64,000 nucleotides of DNA from an uncultured Candidatus Saccharibacteria bacterium (GCA_964469405.1 CAYXYP010000002.1:9338-73337), one strand, 5' to 3'; positions 47,396 through 57,973 are shown, counted from the first letter of the stretch. The notes: generated by a model not told the origin, from the sequence alone. A program made the numbers and translations.

Positions 47396-48088
47396 TTATA
47401 TGGAGAGCGTCCATCGTTCAAGCGAGAGAGCTAGATTGAGATTCCCGCGACGAGAATTCTGAAGGAGTTCAATAAGCGAGAGCGACATCTGTCGTGCATC
47501 TTTAGGGGTCCATGCGCGACTCCCTTTGGACATGAGATCCCGAGCTTTCCAATGCAACACTCCGTGAAGCATTTCAGGTGCATCACCTGCACGAAGCGCA
47601 CGATTGACCTCAAGCCACAATGTTTCGTGCGAACGAGAAGCAAGTGCATTCACTAAATTCCCATTAAATCCTCGGGTAATCCCAGGAGGGGTGGTCCTAT
47701 CAAATTTGTATTCCATCTTCGCTTTCGCGGCGAGCTTCTTTGCTTTCGTTGCGGCGAGCTTTGGTGCGAGTATGATGATGGCATTGTCGGAAACAGCAAG
47801 TACTTCGAGATACTCTTCAAGAATGTTGCCACTCGTCTCCTCCTCTTCATCACTTTCTTCCGTGTCTACCCTGCGCGCGACTGGAAATGGGTCGTCAATA
47901 AGTACCAGAAGTCGCTTCACAAAAAGTCCACCAGAAAGCGCCACGTCTTCAAGCACCGCAGCAGTCAATTCTTCACGCGCCAGGCGCACGTATGAGAGAT
48001 TCGATTCCTTCGCACGAGCTTTAGAGATCCACTCGAACGCTTTGGTGCGTGTTTTTTCGACATCAGAACCATGGAAAAGATAGATCAT
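47396..48088 (-). CDS. holA: DNA polymerase III delta subunit-like protein (short, divergent)
   Basis: MIYLFHG.D, LF...L, C-terminal LE.W.L; coupled to polA. Confidence 0.65.
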   Translation of the reverse strand: MIYLFHGSDVEKTRTKAFEWISKARAKESNLSYVRLAREELTAAVLEDVALSGGLFVKRLLVLIDDPFPVARRVDTEESDEEEETSGNILEEYLEVLAVSDNAIIILAPKLAATKAKKLAAKAKMEYKFDRTTPPGITRGFNGNLVNALASRSHETLWLEVNRALRAGDAPEMLHGVLHWKARDLMSKGSRAWTPKDARQMSLSLIELLQNSRRGNLNLALSLERWTLSI

Positions 48089-50505
48089 AGTGGATGCATG
48101 GAACCCCAATCATGACCGGATTTCACCACTGCAAGGATAGGTACATCATATGTTTCTTTGGGAGGTAGCACGGATTCCATGATTTCTTTTATTTTCATAC
48201 CAAGCACAGCAACTCGTTCAGTGCGAATCTCATACACGAGTTCGTCGTGTACCTGTAACAACAGGTAGGCATCTCCCGCATCGGGATACCCGACGGGATG
48301 CTGTGCTTTTTCCTTCTCCAGCATCTCATTCACGCGCACCATCGCGAGCTTGATGATATCCGCTTGTGTTCCTTGGATTGGCGCATTTATGGCCATGCGT
48401 TCTGCTTGCGCACGAACGTACGGAAGAGATGATTTCATTTCTGGAAATTGTCGGCGGCGACCGAAGAAAGTTTCTGTGTATCCGTACTTTCTCGCGAACC
48501 CTTTTGTCTTCTCCAGATATTCAGAAAGTGTCTTAAATGTGGTGAAATACTCTTCAAGATACTGATGTGCCTCTGCAGTGGTCGAACCGAGTTGGGCACG
48601 AAGAGCATTCACTCCCATACCATAGAGAATGCCAAAGTTAATGATCTTCGCTCGGCGTCGCATCTCGGCATCAACTGCCTCGGGAGCGACATGGAACACT
48701 TGTGCCGCGACCTCCCGATGCACATCTCTGCCGTCTTTAAATATCGCGCAGAGTTTTTCATCGCCCGACAGAATCGCTGCCAGCCGCAACTCTATTTGCG
48801 AGTAGTCGAGCGCAACGAGCGTGAACCCGACTGAGGCAACGAACGCATGTCGTATTGCGCGACCCCTTTCACTCCTCATGGGAATATTCTGAAGACCTGG
48901 GTTTTGTGAGGCCATGCGACCGGTTACCGCGCCCGTTTGGAGAAATTCGGCATGGAGACGATTTTTCCCATCAAGCATGAGAGGGAGGTTTTCAATATAC
49001 GTTCCAAGAAGCTTCTTCAGCTCACGGTATTCAAGAATATCATTCACAATCGGGTGTGCATCACGGATTTTTTCAAGCTCGCTTTCGCGAGTCGATCGTT
49101 GTCCTCCCGCAGTCTTCTTCTGTCGTTCCGGTACTATCTTCAATTCATCGAAAAGCACTTCGCCAAGTTGTTTCGGGGAGCTCACATTAAACTCGTGCCC
49201 GACGTGATTGTAAATACTCTTCTCAATAACCTTAAGTTCCGCGTTATATTTTTTTGCGAGACCATTCAATATCTCCGGATCAATAAGAACTCCATGTGCT
49301 CCCATCTGGCGCACTATGGTAATGAGCGGCCTTTCTATCTGCTCGTACACCTCAAGCACTCTGCCCATAGCGGACAACTGTTTTTCGAGTTCGGCACGCG
49401 CAGGAGCAAACATTCTCTGTTTTGTGAATGCAAGAATGTCGTCGAGCGACGGGTTCGTAAACTCAGATGAAATGAGCCAGAGCATCACTTTTGCTTCTGC
49501 GAGCAATGTCGGATCTACCTCCTCGGGAACCGGTTCGACGTATGTGGATTCCGAAACGTCTTCTCCTTCCACATCACTCGATGCATTTGTAAGAATCTTT
49601 TGTGCACGCTCCCGCAATGAACGGAATCCAAATTCATCACACATTGCTTGTACCTTCTGCAGCGCAACTGACTCATGCCACAAATGCTCAGGTAGAACAA
49701 ACGCGATGGGTGCGTCAAGACGTATCGTTGCGAGCGATTTGGAGAAACGAGCATCTTCTTCGTGCTCTTTCAGGAGAGTGATCATTCGAGCTTTCACTCC
49801 TTTTTTAAGAAAGACATCATCTCCCTTCTTAAGTTGCGTATATATGTTCTCAATTGTGCCAAACCCAGTGATGAGTTCGGTCGCAGTCTTTTCTCCGATA
49901 CCGGGAACACCTTTAATATTGTCGGAAGGGTCTCCGCGAAGACCCTTCCAGTCGGGAATAAGCGCCGGGATAAATCCGAAGCGTGCCACGACAGATTTCT
50001 CATCGTACAAGATTGTGTCATTAATACCCTTCTTGAGAGTATAGACGCGAACACGCTCATCATCGACAAGCTGCAATGTGTCCATATCACCCGAAGCAAT
50101 AATGACGTCAACACCTTCTTCACGAAGTTCGTGCGCGATAGTACCAAGAAGATCGTCTGCCTCGTACCCCTCCCGTTCGTACATCGGGATAGAAAAAGCC
50201 TCAAAGACTTTACGCGACTCGTTCAACTGGAGCGCGAGAGCGTCATCGGTTTTTACGCGAGTTCCCTTATAGTCCGCATACGCCTCATGACGAATAGTCG
50301 GCTTCGGCAAGTCAAAACAGGCAGCAATGTAGTCCGGCTTGAGGTCAGTAACAATTTTAAGCAACATTGAGACAAGACCATAGAGCGCGCCAGTCGGCGC
50401 TCCAGTAGGGCCCGTGAACTCTGGCAACGCATGGTACGCGCGATGAATAATCGCATGAGTATCTAAGAGAACGATACGTTTATTTTTGGAAACTTTTTTA
50501 GTCAT
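48085..50505 (-). CDS. polA: DNA polymerase I (compact)
   Basis: 5'-3' exonuclease EADD, GD.D, GDPSDN; polymerase DYSQIELR, AK.INFG.LYG, QVHDEL. Confidence 0.97.
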   Translation of the reverse strand: MTKKVSKNKRIVLLDTHAIIHRAYHALPEFTGPTGAPTGALYGLVSMLLKIVTDLKPDYIAACFDLPKPTIRHEAYADYKGTRVKTDDALALQLNESRKVFEAFSIPMYEREGYEADDLLGTIAHELREEGVDVIIASGDMDTLQLVDDERVRVYTLKKGINDTILYDEKSVVARFGFIPALIPDWKGLRGDPSDNIKGVPGIGEKTATELITGFGTIENIYTQLKKGDDVFLKKGVKARMITLLKEHEEDARFSKSLATIRLDAPIAFVLPEHLWHESVALQKVQAMCDEFGFRSLRERAQKILTNASSDVEGEDVSESTYVEPVPEEVDPTLLAEAKVMLWLISSEFTNPSLDDILAFTKQRMFAPARAELEKQLSAMGRVLEVYEQIERPLITIVRQMGAHGVLIDPEILNGLAKKYNAELKVIEKSIYNHVGHEFNVSSPKQLGEVLFDELKIVPERQKKTAGGQRSTRESELEKIRDAHPIVNDILEYRELKKLLGTYIENLPLMLDGKNRLHAEFLQTGAVTGRMASQNPGLQNIPMRSERGRAIRHAFVASVGFTLVALDYSQIELRLAAILSGDEKLCAIFKDGRDVHREVAAQVFHVAPEAVDAEMRRRAKIINFGILYGMGVNALRAQLGSTTAEAHQYLEEYFTTFKTLSEYLEKTKGFARKYGYTETFFGRRRQFPEMKSSLPYVRAQAERMAINAPIQGTQADIIKLAMVRVNEMLEKEKAQHPVGYPDAGDAYLLLQVHDELVYEIRTERVAVLGMKIKEIMESVLPPKETYDVPILAVVKSGHDWGSMHPL

Positions 50506-50944
50506 ATGAAATGGTGCGTGAACCATCAGGGAGCGCAGCGAGTGATACGTGCATCGAAGGCGTCGGCAATGTTTCTGCTACTTTCTCCGGCCACTCGAGC
50601 AGAATGAGATTACTCGTATCTTGCATAAGCTCATCGAAACCGAGAGGATCAAGATCTTTTCCACTTTCGAGTCGATAGGCATCAATATGGATAAGACGCT
50701 TGAATGACTGCCCACCCGGGAGCAGATAGATTTTCTCGAGTACAAAAGTGGGGCTAGTAACCATCTCCTCGACCCCAAGAGTATTCGCAACCGCTTTGGC
50801 AAAAGCAGTCTTCCCTGCCCCAAGCTCGCCAGAGAGAGTAACGAGTGTCGCGCCTCGCGCGCTCGACACGAGCGGCGCGAGTGACCCCACAAAGCGCACG
50901 GCCTCTTCCGCGAGCTCTTCTAGCGTTCGAATAATCTTCTCCAT
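50498..50944 (-). CDS. tsaE: t6A biosynthesis ATPase TsaE
   Basis: LSGELGAGKT, SPTF, HIDAYRL, EWP. Confidence 0.95.
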   Translation of the reverse strand: MEKIIRTLEELAEEAVRFVGSLAPLVSSARGATLVTLSGELGAGKTAFAKAVANTLGVEEMVTSPTFVLEKIYLLPGGQSFKRLIHIDAYRLESGKDLDPLGFDELMQDTSNLILLEWPEKVAETLPTPSMHVSLAALPDGSRTISYD

Positions 50945-51024
50945 ATATAGACATAATTGTACCGCTGAAAATGAAAGTGCGCTCTCTTTATAAAGAGAGC
51001 GCACTTGAAAACGCGACATCAAAC

Positions 51025-51372
51025 TTACCAGTAACGCCCGGAGCCACCGTACATGTACGGATAGCCGCCGTAGCCGTATGGATAGTAACCATAATAGGGC
51101 TGGTTCCAGTAAGGATAGCTCGTGACCGAATCAGGCGTACCGCACACCATTTTCCCATTCGTCCACATCCAGTGTGCTGGATCTTTGCATCCTATCTGAG
51201 ATAGCAGCAGAGGTTGTGCTGGTACTTTGTTTTTTATATCTTCCGGCGACTGCGGTTGGTATTGTGGGACGGACGTCACCTTACGAGCCGGCTGATTGTA
51301 CTGCACCACGCATCCACCAAGCAGAACAGAGACCAGAAGGACCGGAGCTACTAAGACATGTATCAACTTCAT
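51025..51372 (-). CDS. Putative lipoprotein with Tyr/Gly-rich tail
   Basis: Lipobox-like LGGC after a hydrophobic signal sequence; GGAGG SD. Confidence 0.6.
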   Translation of the reverse strand: MKLIHVLVAPVLLVSVLLGGCVVQYNQPARKVTSVPQYQPQSPEDIKNKVPAQPLLLSQIGCKDPAHWMWTNGKMVCGTPDSVTSYPYWNQPYYGYYPYGYGGYPYMYGGSGRYW

Positions 51373-51517
51373 ACACGCCTCCTTTCTTTGATTTATAATT
51401 CATTATCTAGCAACAGCATATCTTGATAGATTATACTACCACTTATAGCAAGTTGTCAAGTCTTGCTCCTTATATTCATTTCAGGGTGGTACTATCACTC
51501 TGATATCATTTATACGT

Positions 51518-53188
51518 ATGGATTCCCGTTTTGATACTAAACACGAGGATACGGAGCTCGCTCGCGTACGCGAACGAGAAGAGGAGGATGTGGCGCATAT
51601 CCTCTCTGAAAAGTACGACTTATCCTATGCCGACCTCTCACTGAAAGAAATAGATAATGAGGCGCTCCGAGTCGTTCCTGAGGAGCAGGCGCGTCTATGC
51701 GAAGCAGCTGCTTTCATGAAAACGGCGAAGGTGCTTTCGATCGCCATCCACAATCCGAACAATCCAGAACTTGCGAAACTTATTGAGGAACTTATTGGTC
51801 GTGGATTTCTATTGCAAAAATTCATGGTCTCGAAAAAAAGTCTCGACAAGGTATTCGCCCGTTATAGTGACCTCTCCTTCACGACAAAATCAAAAGCGGG
51901 CGTATTTATCGTTACTCCCGAAGCACTCGAGAACATAACTCATGAAGATCGATCAAGGAAGACTCTTGAGCAGGAACTTGACGCTGCAATGAACCTCAAA
52001 TCAATTGATCGTGTTTCCCATTTGCTTGAGCTCGTTCTAGCGGGTGCGTTTGCTCTCCGTGCTTCTGACATCCATTTCGAGCCAAGCGAAGAAAAGACTC
52101 TTCTCCGTTTACGCATCGATGGCCTCCTGTCAGATATATACCATTTCGACCCAGGAACCTACCACCAAATCAATTCACGTATCAAACTCCTCTCGGGAAC
52201 GAAATTTAATATCACCAACCGAGCACAAGACGGCCGCTTCAGTATTGAAAAAGGGAAAAATCAGATTGAAATGCGCGTCTCATTCATCCCTGGGAACTAC
52301 GGAGAGTCTATTGTTATGCGTATTCTCGATCCCGAGGCCACAAAAGTTTCCTATAAAGAGCTCGGCATCCATCCAAAACTTCTCGCCCGGCTTGAGACCG
52401 AAATCCGACGACCGAACGGGATGCTCCTCACGACCGGTCCTACCGGAAGCGGGAAGACGACGACTCTCTATTCGTTCCTTCGAGAAATCCATTCTCCGGA
52501 AATAAAAGTAATCACTATCGAAGACCCGGTTGAATACCACCTCGACGGCATCGTGCAAACACAAGTTGAGGGAGAAAAATATACGTTTGCCGAAGGGCTC
52601 AAGTCAATTGTGCGTCAGGACCCGGACATCATCATGGTCGGCGAAATCCGAGATGGCGAAACAGCCAATATCGCCATCCAAGCAGCGCTCACTGGGCATT
52701 TTGTATTCTCCACACTCCACACAAACAACGCTGCCGGCACATTCCCGCGCCTCGTAGATCTTGGCGCGGATTCGAGATCCTTTGGTTCAGCGGTTACCGT
52801 CTCGATGGCACAACGTCTGATACGCAAACTCGATCCAAACAAAAAGAAAGAACGCCCGCTTACGGACGAGGAGAAAAATATGATCGCGAAAATATTCGAA
52901 CCACTTACTGACAAATCGCTCGTACCTTCCAAAATAGAGACGGTATGGGAGCCAGCGCCTCTCGACACCGATGAAACTGGTTATAAGGGGCGTGTTGGCC
53001 TCTATGAGGCTATATTCATGGACGACGAGCTCGCGACTTTTTTGCGCGATAATCCGTCCGAGAATGACATTGCGCGACTTGCAGCGAAGCAGGGCTATCT
53101 CACAATGGCACAAGATGGCATCATCAAAGCACTTGCCGGTATCACTTCCCTCTCTGAGGTTGCTGCTACTGTCGATCTCCCACGTTAA
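51518..53188 (+). CDS. pilB: PilB/GspE-family pilus assembly ATPase
   Basis: ASDIHFEP, QDGRF, GPTGSGKTTT, TIEDPVEY, RQDPDIIMVGEIRD, STLHTN. Confidence 0.92.
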   Translation: MDSRFDTKHEDTELARVREREEEDVAHILSEKYDLSYADLSLKEIDNEALRVVPEEQARLCEAAAFMKTAKVLSIAIHNPNNPELAKLIEELIGRGFLLQKFMVSKKSLDKVFARYSDLSFTTKSKAGVFIVTPEALENITHEDRSRKTLEQELDAAMNLKSIDRVSHLLELVLAGAFALRASDIHFEPSEEKTLLRLRIDGLLSDIYHFDPGTYHQINSRIKLLSGTKFNITNRAQDGRFSIEKGKNQIEMRVSFIPGNYGESIVMRILDPEATKVSYKELGIHPKLLARLETEIRRPNGMLLTTGPTGSGKTTTLYSFLREIHSPEIKVITIEDPVEYHLDGIVQTQVEGEKYTFAEGLKSIVRQDPDIIMVGEIRDGETANIAIQAALTGHFVFSTLHTNNAAGTFPRLVDLGADSRSFGSAVTVSMAQRLIRKLDPNKKKERPLTDEEKNMIAKIFEPLTDKSLVPSKIETVWEPAPLDTDETGYKGRVGLYEAIFMDDELATFLRDNPSENDIARLAAKQGYLTMAQDGIIKALAGITSLSEVAATVDLPR

Positions 53189-53203
53189 TATAGAAACGAA
53201 AAC

Positions 53204-53361
53204 ATCCCATACATAATCCTCCAGGCAAAAACCCGCAATAAAGCGGGGAGAACGAGACACCTGAGGAGATTCCCAGCGCCAGTACCGGAGTACCAGACCA
53301 GAAAGCCCTTGGGGAAACGTCCAAAGCCGTCAAGCCTTGCCTAGAGGAGTATGGAAAGGAT
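53204..53361 (-). ncRNA. Candidate structured ncRNA (unidentified, 6S-sized)
   Basis: Terminal stems pair (TCCTCTAGGCAA/TTGCCTGGAGGA, CCATAC/GTATGG); 3 internal hairpins; G-U pairs on - strand. Confidence 0.45.
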
Positions 53362-53436
53362 CTAATTGGCCTGTCTTCCTTTGATCAATAACAGGACGTC
53401 GAAACTATGGTAATATGTTAGCATCATACTATTTTT

Positions 53437-54432
53437 ATGTCAACCCCTTCGGAAGCTCTCCTCCCTCTCTCGAAATCTCTCGATGCGGCACTACGTCCTT
53501 CTCATTGGGATGACTACGTTGGACAAAAACAGGTGAAAGCGAATGTTCGTATTGCCATTGACGCGGCAAAAAAACGCGGCGGCATGCCTGAACATATCCT
53601 CTTCTACGGCCCTCCGGGCGTCGGCAAAACTACACTCGCTCATCTGGTCGCAGCGACACTTGAATCGCCTTTGAAAAGCACGTCCGGTGTCGCCATCGAG
53701 CGGTCGGGAGATCTCGCTGCGATACTCACCAACCTCGAACCGAACACGGTGCTCTTCATCGACGAAATTCATCGTCTCTCGCGCAAAATAGAAGAGCTTC
53801 TCTACCCCGCACTCGAATCGGGACATCTCGACATCATTCTTGGGAAAGGGCCTTCTGCACGCACGGTCGAACTTGCGCTTCCCTCTTTCACGCTTGTCGG
53901 TGCAACCACACGCATTGCTGAGCTTTCAGGACCGCTCCGCTCGCGCTTCGGCGGTGGTACCTATCAACTCGATTTTTATGGCGAAGACGACCTCAAAGAT
54001 ATCGTCCGTCGCTCGGCGCTCTGTCTCGATCTCAAGGCGCCCGAAGAAGTTATTGACCGTATCGCAGCAAGAAGTCGCGCAACCCCCCGCGTCGCGAACG
54101 CGCTTCTGAAGCGCGTTCGCGACTTCTCTGAGGTACATGAACGCGAACTCTCTGCCAAGCTTTGCGATGAAGCGTGTGAGCTATTTGGTATTGATGCATT
54201 CGGACTTACGAAGGATGATCGTCGCTATCTTGAAACTCTTTTGAAGAGCTTCCGAGGCGGGCCAGCAGGCGTTCGCGCGCTCGCAGCCGCAATTCATGAG
54301 GACCCAGACACGGTCGAATATATATATGAGCCATACCTGCTTCGTCTTGGATTTATTGAGCGATCCTCGCGCGGTCGCATACTTACACCAAAAGGTCGCG
54401 CTTTCCTCCGCGGAGAAACGCCAGCAGCCTGA
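53437..54432 (+). CDS. ruvB: Holliday junction helicase RuvB
   Basis: LRP....YVGQ, GPPGVGKTT, FIDEIHRL, GATTR, EPYL. Confidence 0.97.
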   Translation: MSTPSEALLPLSKSLDAALRPSHWDDYVGQKQVKANVRIAIDAAKKRGGMPEHILFYGPPGVGKTTLAHLVAATLESPLKSTSGVAIERSGDLAAILTNLEPNTVLFIDEIHRLSRKIEELLYPALESGHLDIILGKGPSARTVELALPSFTLVGATTRIAELSGPLRSRFGGGTYQLDFYGEDDLKDIVRRSALCLDLKAPEEVIDRIAARSRATPRVANALLKRVRDFSEVHERELSAKLCDEACELFGIDAFGLTKDDRRYLETLLKSFRGGPAGVRALAAAIHEDPDTVEYIYEPYLLRLGFIERSSRGRILTPKGRAFLRGETPAA

Positions 54433-54516
54433 ATTCTTTAGAAGAGGCGCATTTGCCTAACGAGCAGTGGTAGCAAGCAACAACTTTTTTAAAATACGGT
54501 ATATCATGTAGCTACC

Positions 54517-57402
54517 ATGAAAAAACTTCTACACCTCCCCTTTCTCGTATTCATCTTCGGGTTCGTACCCCACGCCCATGCCAGTGTTCAGTTAGTACAA
54601 TCCTCAACAACAAACGTCGATGGTACGAGTGCCACCTGCACACTCTCACCGACATCTGCCGGGAACCTGCTTCTCGTTCTCTATCGAGTCAATTTCCAAG
54701 GTGTCAGTACATTCTCAGACACCAAAGGAGATTCTTTCATCAAAGTTGTATCCGCATCTAATGCATACCTAGGAGCAGCTTATGCTTTCAATACTCTCGC
54801 GGGGAACACTTCGATAACCATGTCGGGGTTCGCCTCGACGGTCGTGAGTATGTCGTGCTTTGAATACAGTGGCGTACTCAACACAGCTGACCCGTTTGAT
54901 GGAGGGAAATTGGCGGTTAGCGCTGCGACAACCATGTATCAGAGTGGCCCCGTCACAACCACCGGAACCAATGACTTGCTTGTTGGACAGATAAAATCAA
55001 ACACCGCATCCATCGCTCCTAACTCTCCTTTCTCACAAATTATACAGAATGTGTACTCCGGACACGGATGGACTACCTACACTACCCAAGCCCTCAATCA
55101 ACCGGCAGGGGCATACAACAACAGCGGTACCACTGCTTCTTTTAGCGGAGAGGCGAACATTCTTGCATTCAAGACAGGGGTCACCTCTTCATCTTCTGAC
55201 ACCACCGCCCCCAACACTCCCACCAACCTTACTGCGACTGTCATCTCCTCATCCCAGAGCAACCTTTCGTGGAGTGCATCCACCGACACGGTGGGAGTTA
55301 CTGGATATCGGATCTATCGCGATGGGACACTTATTGCTTCCCTCACAACCACGTCTTATTCAGATACCGGTCTCTCATCAGCAACGAGCTATGCATACAC
55401 TGTGACTGCAATTGATGCTGTGGGGAATGAATCTGCGCAGTCAGCATCGACATCAGCAACCACTTCGATAGCGATAGTAGCTTCTAGCCAACCACTGACC
55501 CCAACCTATTACGTAGATCAGGCCAATCCCGTAGCAAGCGATACTAATGCCGGAACAGCGGCAATGCCTTTCAAGACGATACAACGCGCGGCCAACATTG
55601 CTGTCGCTGGCGACACAGTGATTGTCAAGGCGGGTATCTATCATGAAACCGTCACTGCCCCACGATCGGGAACTGCCGGTAACTTAATAACATTCAAAGC
55701 AAGCGACGGAGAGTCTGTCGTCATCAACGGCGATGGGGTCAGACAGTGGGGGTTTTCTCTTAACGGAAGAAACTTCATTCGAGTGCAGGGTTTTGAGCTC
55801 ACTGGGCTGACCGGACATCCTATGTTCGTCGGGTGGTCGAGCGCTGGAGGTACAGGTATCGAAATTATTGGTAATTCCATTCACGACAATCCTACTGTTC
55901 TCTATGGCGCTGGTGTATACATGAATTCTCCAACAGCGCAGCAACTACTTATCGAAGGAAATCATATTTACAACAACGCCGGCGATGGAATTGGCATACC
56001 TAGCGCCCGTTCATTTACCCTGCGCGCCAATACTATCCATGATAATGGGGTGGACGGCTTCAAAGGTGGAGCTTCTGAGCTTGCCATCATCGAAGGGAAC
56101 ACTATCCACTCCATGACGAGTGGGGTAAATCACGGTGACTGCATGCAACTCATGGGAATGATCGGCACAACCATCGTCAGAAACAACACGACATGGGATT
56201 GTACGCAAAACATCTTCCTTTCCGACTACTCCGTAATTCCGGGTTCCAGCCCGTGGGGCGATGTATATATTTACAACAATGTGGTCATCAATACTCAACC
56301 AGGAGTAAATGGTTTAGGAGGGTGGTACAACGGGATCGTCGCGGGGACACGCTATAATAACTTGCGGTCATTGTCCATCTACGGAAATACACTTATCAAT
56401 CTCAATAACGGCAATGGCGGTATAGCCGTGCGGAATGTTAGTCCTGCGTTCAGTATTGGAACCTTAAGGGTATTCAACAACCTTTTTTACAACTCAATCA
56501 ACGGTGTCGATACCTCCTCAGCAACCTCAACTGCCATGGATTACAACGCATACTTTAATCAGTATCGTCCTTGGTATCTTTCTGGATTTAGAAGCTTCAC
56601 CCAGTTTCGAACCGTATTCCCTGCCTATGAGCAGCACGGCTTTTACGCGCCAATTTCATTTATTAACTATCCTTCCGCTACGCCCGACTTCCACTCGACG
56701 TCCAATTCTCCAATAATCGGTAAAGGAATCCCTCTTCCTCCTCAAGGTTCGGTTGATTTCGCGACGGACCGAGATTCTCGACCTCGTCCTCAAGGAGCCG
56801 CTTGGGACATTGGAGCGTATCAGTATGTTTCTCCTGCGTCCGCCACCGTTGCCCCAACTCCCACCACATTTCCCACACTAACTCCCATCCCTACCCAAAC
56901 TCCCGAACTTACTCCTGTTCCAACACCAACCTCCTCGCCCACACCAGACACCGAGGGAGATCCTATCTCTCAATTGCCGCCTTTGCCAGATGGAAGTCAA
57001 GGGAGCGTCACCACCACACCCCCAACCACACCCTCACCCATCACTCGTCCCCTCTATCGAGGCACTAAAGGAGATGATGTGAAGACCCTCCAGACTCTCC
57101 TTATCCACAAAGGACATCTTCCTCCTTCTAACGACACTGGCTTCTTCGGACTTCTCACTCGAGCTGCAGTACAGAAGTACCAATGTTCACAAAACATCAT
57201 CTGCGGAGGTACCGAGTCATCAACGGGCTATGGTGTTGCAGGCCCTAAGACTATAGCCAGATTGAGTGGAGGGGCTATCACAAACTCTTCTTCAACTTCT
57301 AACCTCACTCCTGCTCAAGCAGATGCCATTATCTCGATACTCCAATCCTTCAATGCTGATGCGTCTGTTATTGCGAGTGTGAGGAGGGCGTTGGGGAGGT
57401 GA
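54517..57402 (+). CDS. Large secreted protein: FN3, right-handed beta-helix, P/T linker and PG-binding domain
   Basis: Signal peptide; WSASTD.VGVTGY.IYR FN3; PFKTIQRAA...GDTV.V.AG.Y; repeated I.NN turns; WDIGAYQ; TGFFG.LTR.AV..YQ. Confidence 0.85.
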   Translation: MKKLLHLPFLVFIFGFVPHAHASVQLVQSSTTNVDGTSATCTLSPTSAGNLLLVLYRVNFQGVSTFSDTKGDSFIKVVSASNAYLGAAYAFNTLAGNTSITMSGFASTVVSMSCFEYSGVLNTADPFDGGKLAVSAATTMYQSGPVTTTGTNDLLVGQIKSNTASIAPNSPFSQIIQNVYSGHGWTTYTTQALNQPAGAYNNSGTTASFSGEANILAFKTGVTSSSSDTTAPNTPTNLTATVISSSQSNLSWSASTDTVGVTGYRIYRDGTLIASLTTTSYSDTGLSSATSYAYTVTAIDAVGNESAQSASTSATTSIAIVASSQPLTPTYYVDQANPVASDTNAGTAAMPFKTIQRAANIAVAGDTVIVKAGIYHETVTAPRSGTAGNLITFKASDGESVVINGDGVRQWGFSLNGRNFIRVQGFELTGLTGHPMFVGWSSAGGTGIEIIGNSIHDNPTVLYGAGVYMNSPTAQQLLIEGNHIYNNAGDGIGIPSARSFTLRANTIHDNGVDGFKGGASELAIIEGNTIHSMTSGVNHGDCMQLMGMIGTTIVRNNTTWDCTQNIFLSDYSVIPGSSPWGDVYIYNNVVINTQPGVNGLGGWYNGIVAGTRYNNLRSLSIYGNTLINLNNGNGGIAVRNVSPAFSIGTLRVFNNLFYNSINGVDTSSATSTAMDYNAYFNQYRPWYLSGFRSFTQFRTVFPAYEQHGFYAPISFINYPSATPDFHSTSNSPIIGKGIPLPPQGSVDFATDRDSRPRPQGAAWDIGAYQYVSPASATVAPTPTTFPTLTPIPTQTPELTPVPTPTSSPTPDTEGDPISQLPPLPDGSQGSVTTTPPTTPSPITRPLYRGTKGDDVKTLQTLLIHKGHLPPSNDTGFFGLLTRAAVQKYQCSQNIICGGTESSTGYGVAGPKTIARLSGGAITNSSSTSNLTPAQADAIISILQSFNADASVIASVRRALGR

Positions 57403-57412
57403 TGCGAAGAAT

Positions 57413-57973
57413 ATGTCTGGACATAGCAAATGGTCACAAATTAAACGCCAGAAGTCAGTCACTGACGCTGCAAAAAGTCGTACCTTCTCGAGATACGCGC
57501 GTCTCATCACGCTTGAGTCAAAAAAAGCGGGCGGGATTCCTGGGGCGCCGGGGCTTTCCGTTGCGATTGCGCGAGCTAAAGCAGTAAATATGCCCAAAGA
57601 CAACATCGAGCGCGCAATCGCGAAAGGAATGTCAAAAGATTCTGGCAATCTCGAACAGACGGTATATGAAGCATATGGTCCAGGAGGCGTTGCTATTCTC
57701 ATCGATGCTCTCACCGACTCTAAGAATCGGACAACTCAAGAAGTGAAGCACCTCCTATCCCTGAAGGGAGTAGAACTCGCGACTCCAGGCGCTGCGAGTT
57801 GGGCGTTTACAAAAACCGGCGATGTATATGTCCCGCGCGAACCTCTTATTGAGATTATGGGTACTGACGAGGAACAACTTTCGAAAATCCTTGAGGACAT
57901 TGATGAGCATGCGGATGTCCAACAAATATTCACGAACGCGCGTGGATACGAGCACGTATCCGAAGATGTCTAG
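57413..57973 (+). CDS. yebC: YebC/PmpR family protein (short)
   Basis: MSGHSKW..IKR.K, NMPKDNIERAI, YE.YGPGG. Confidence 0.93.
   Translation: MSGHSKWSQIKRQKSVTDAAKSRTFSRYARLITLESKKAGGIPGAPGLSVAIARAKAVNMPKDNIERAIAKGMSKDSGNLEQTVYEAYGPGGVAILIDALTDSKNRTTQEVKHLLSLKGVELATPGAASWAFTKTGDVYVPREPLIEIMGTDEEQLSKILEDIDEHADVQQIFTNARGYEHVSEDV

Noticed and set aside
56845-57045. Apparent short tandem repeats
   Set aside because: Pro/Thr linker codons, not a DNA repeat array.
57101-57109. Perfect DnaA box TTATCCACA
   Set aside because: Single copy inside a CDS; compatible with chance.
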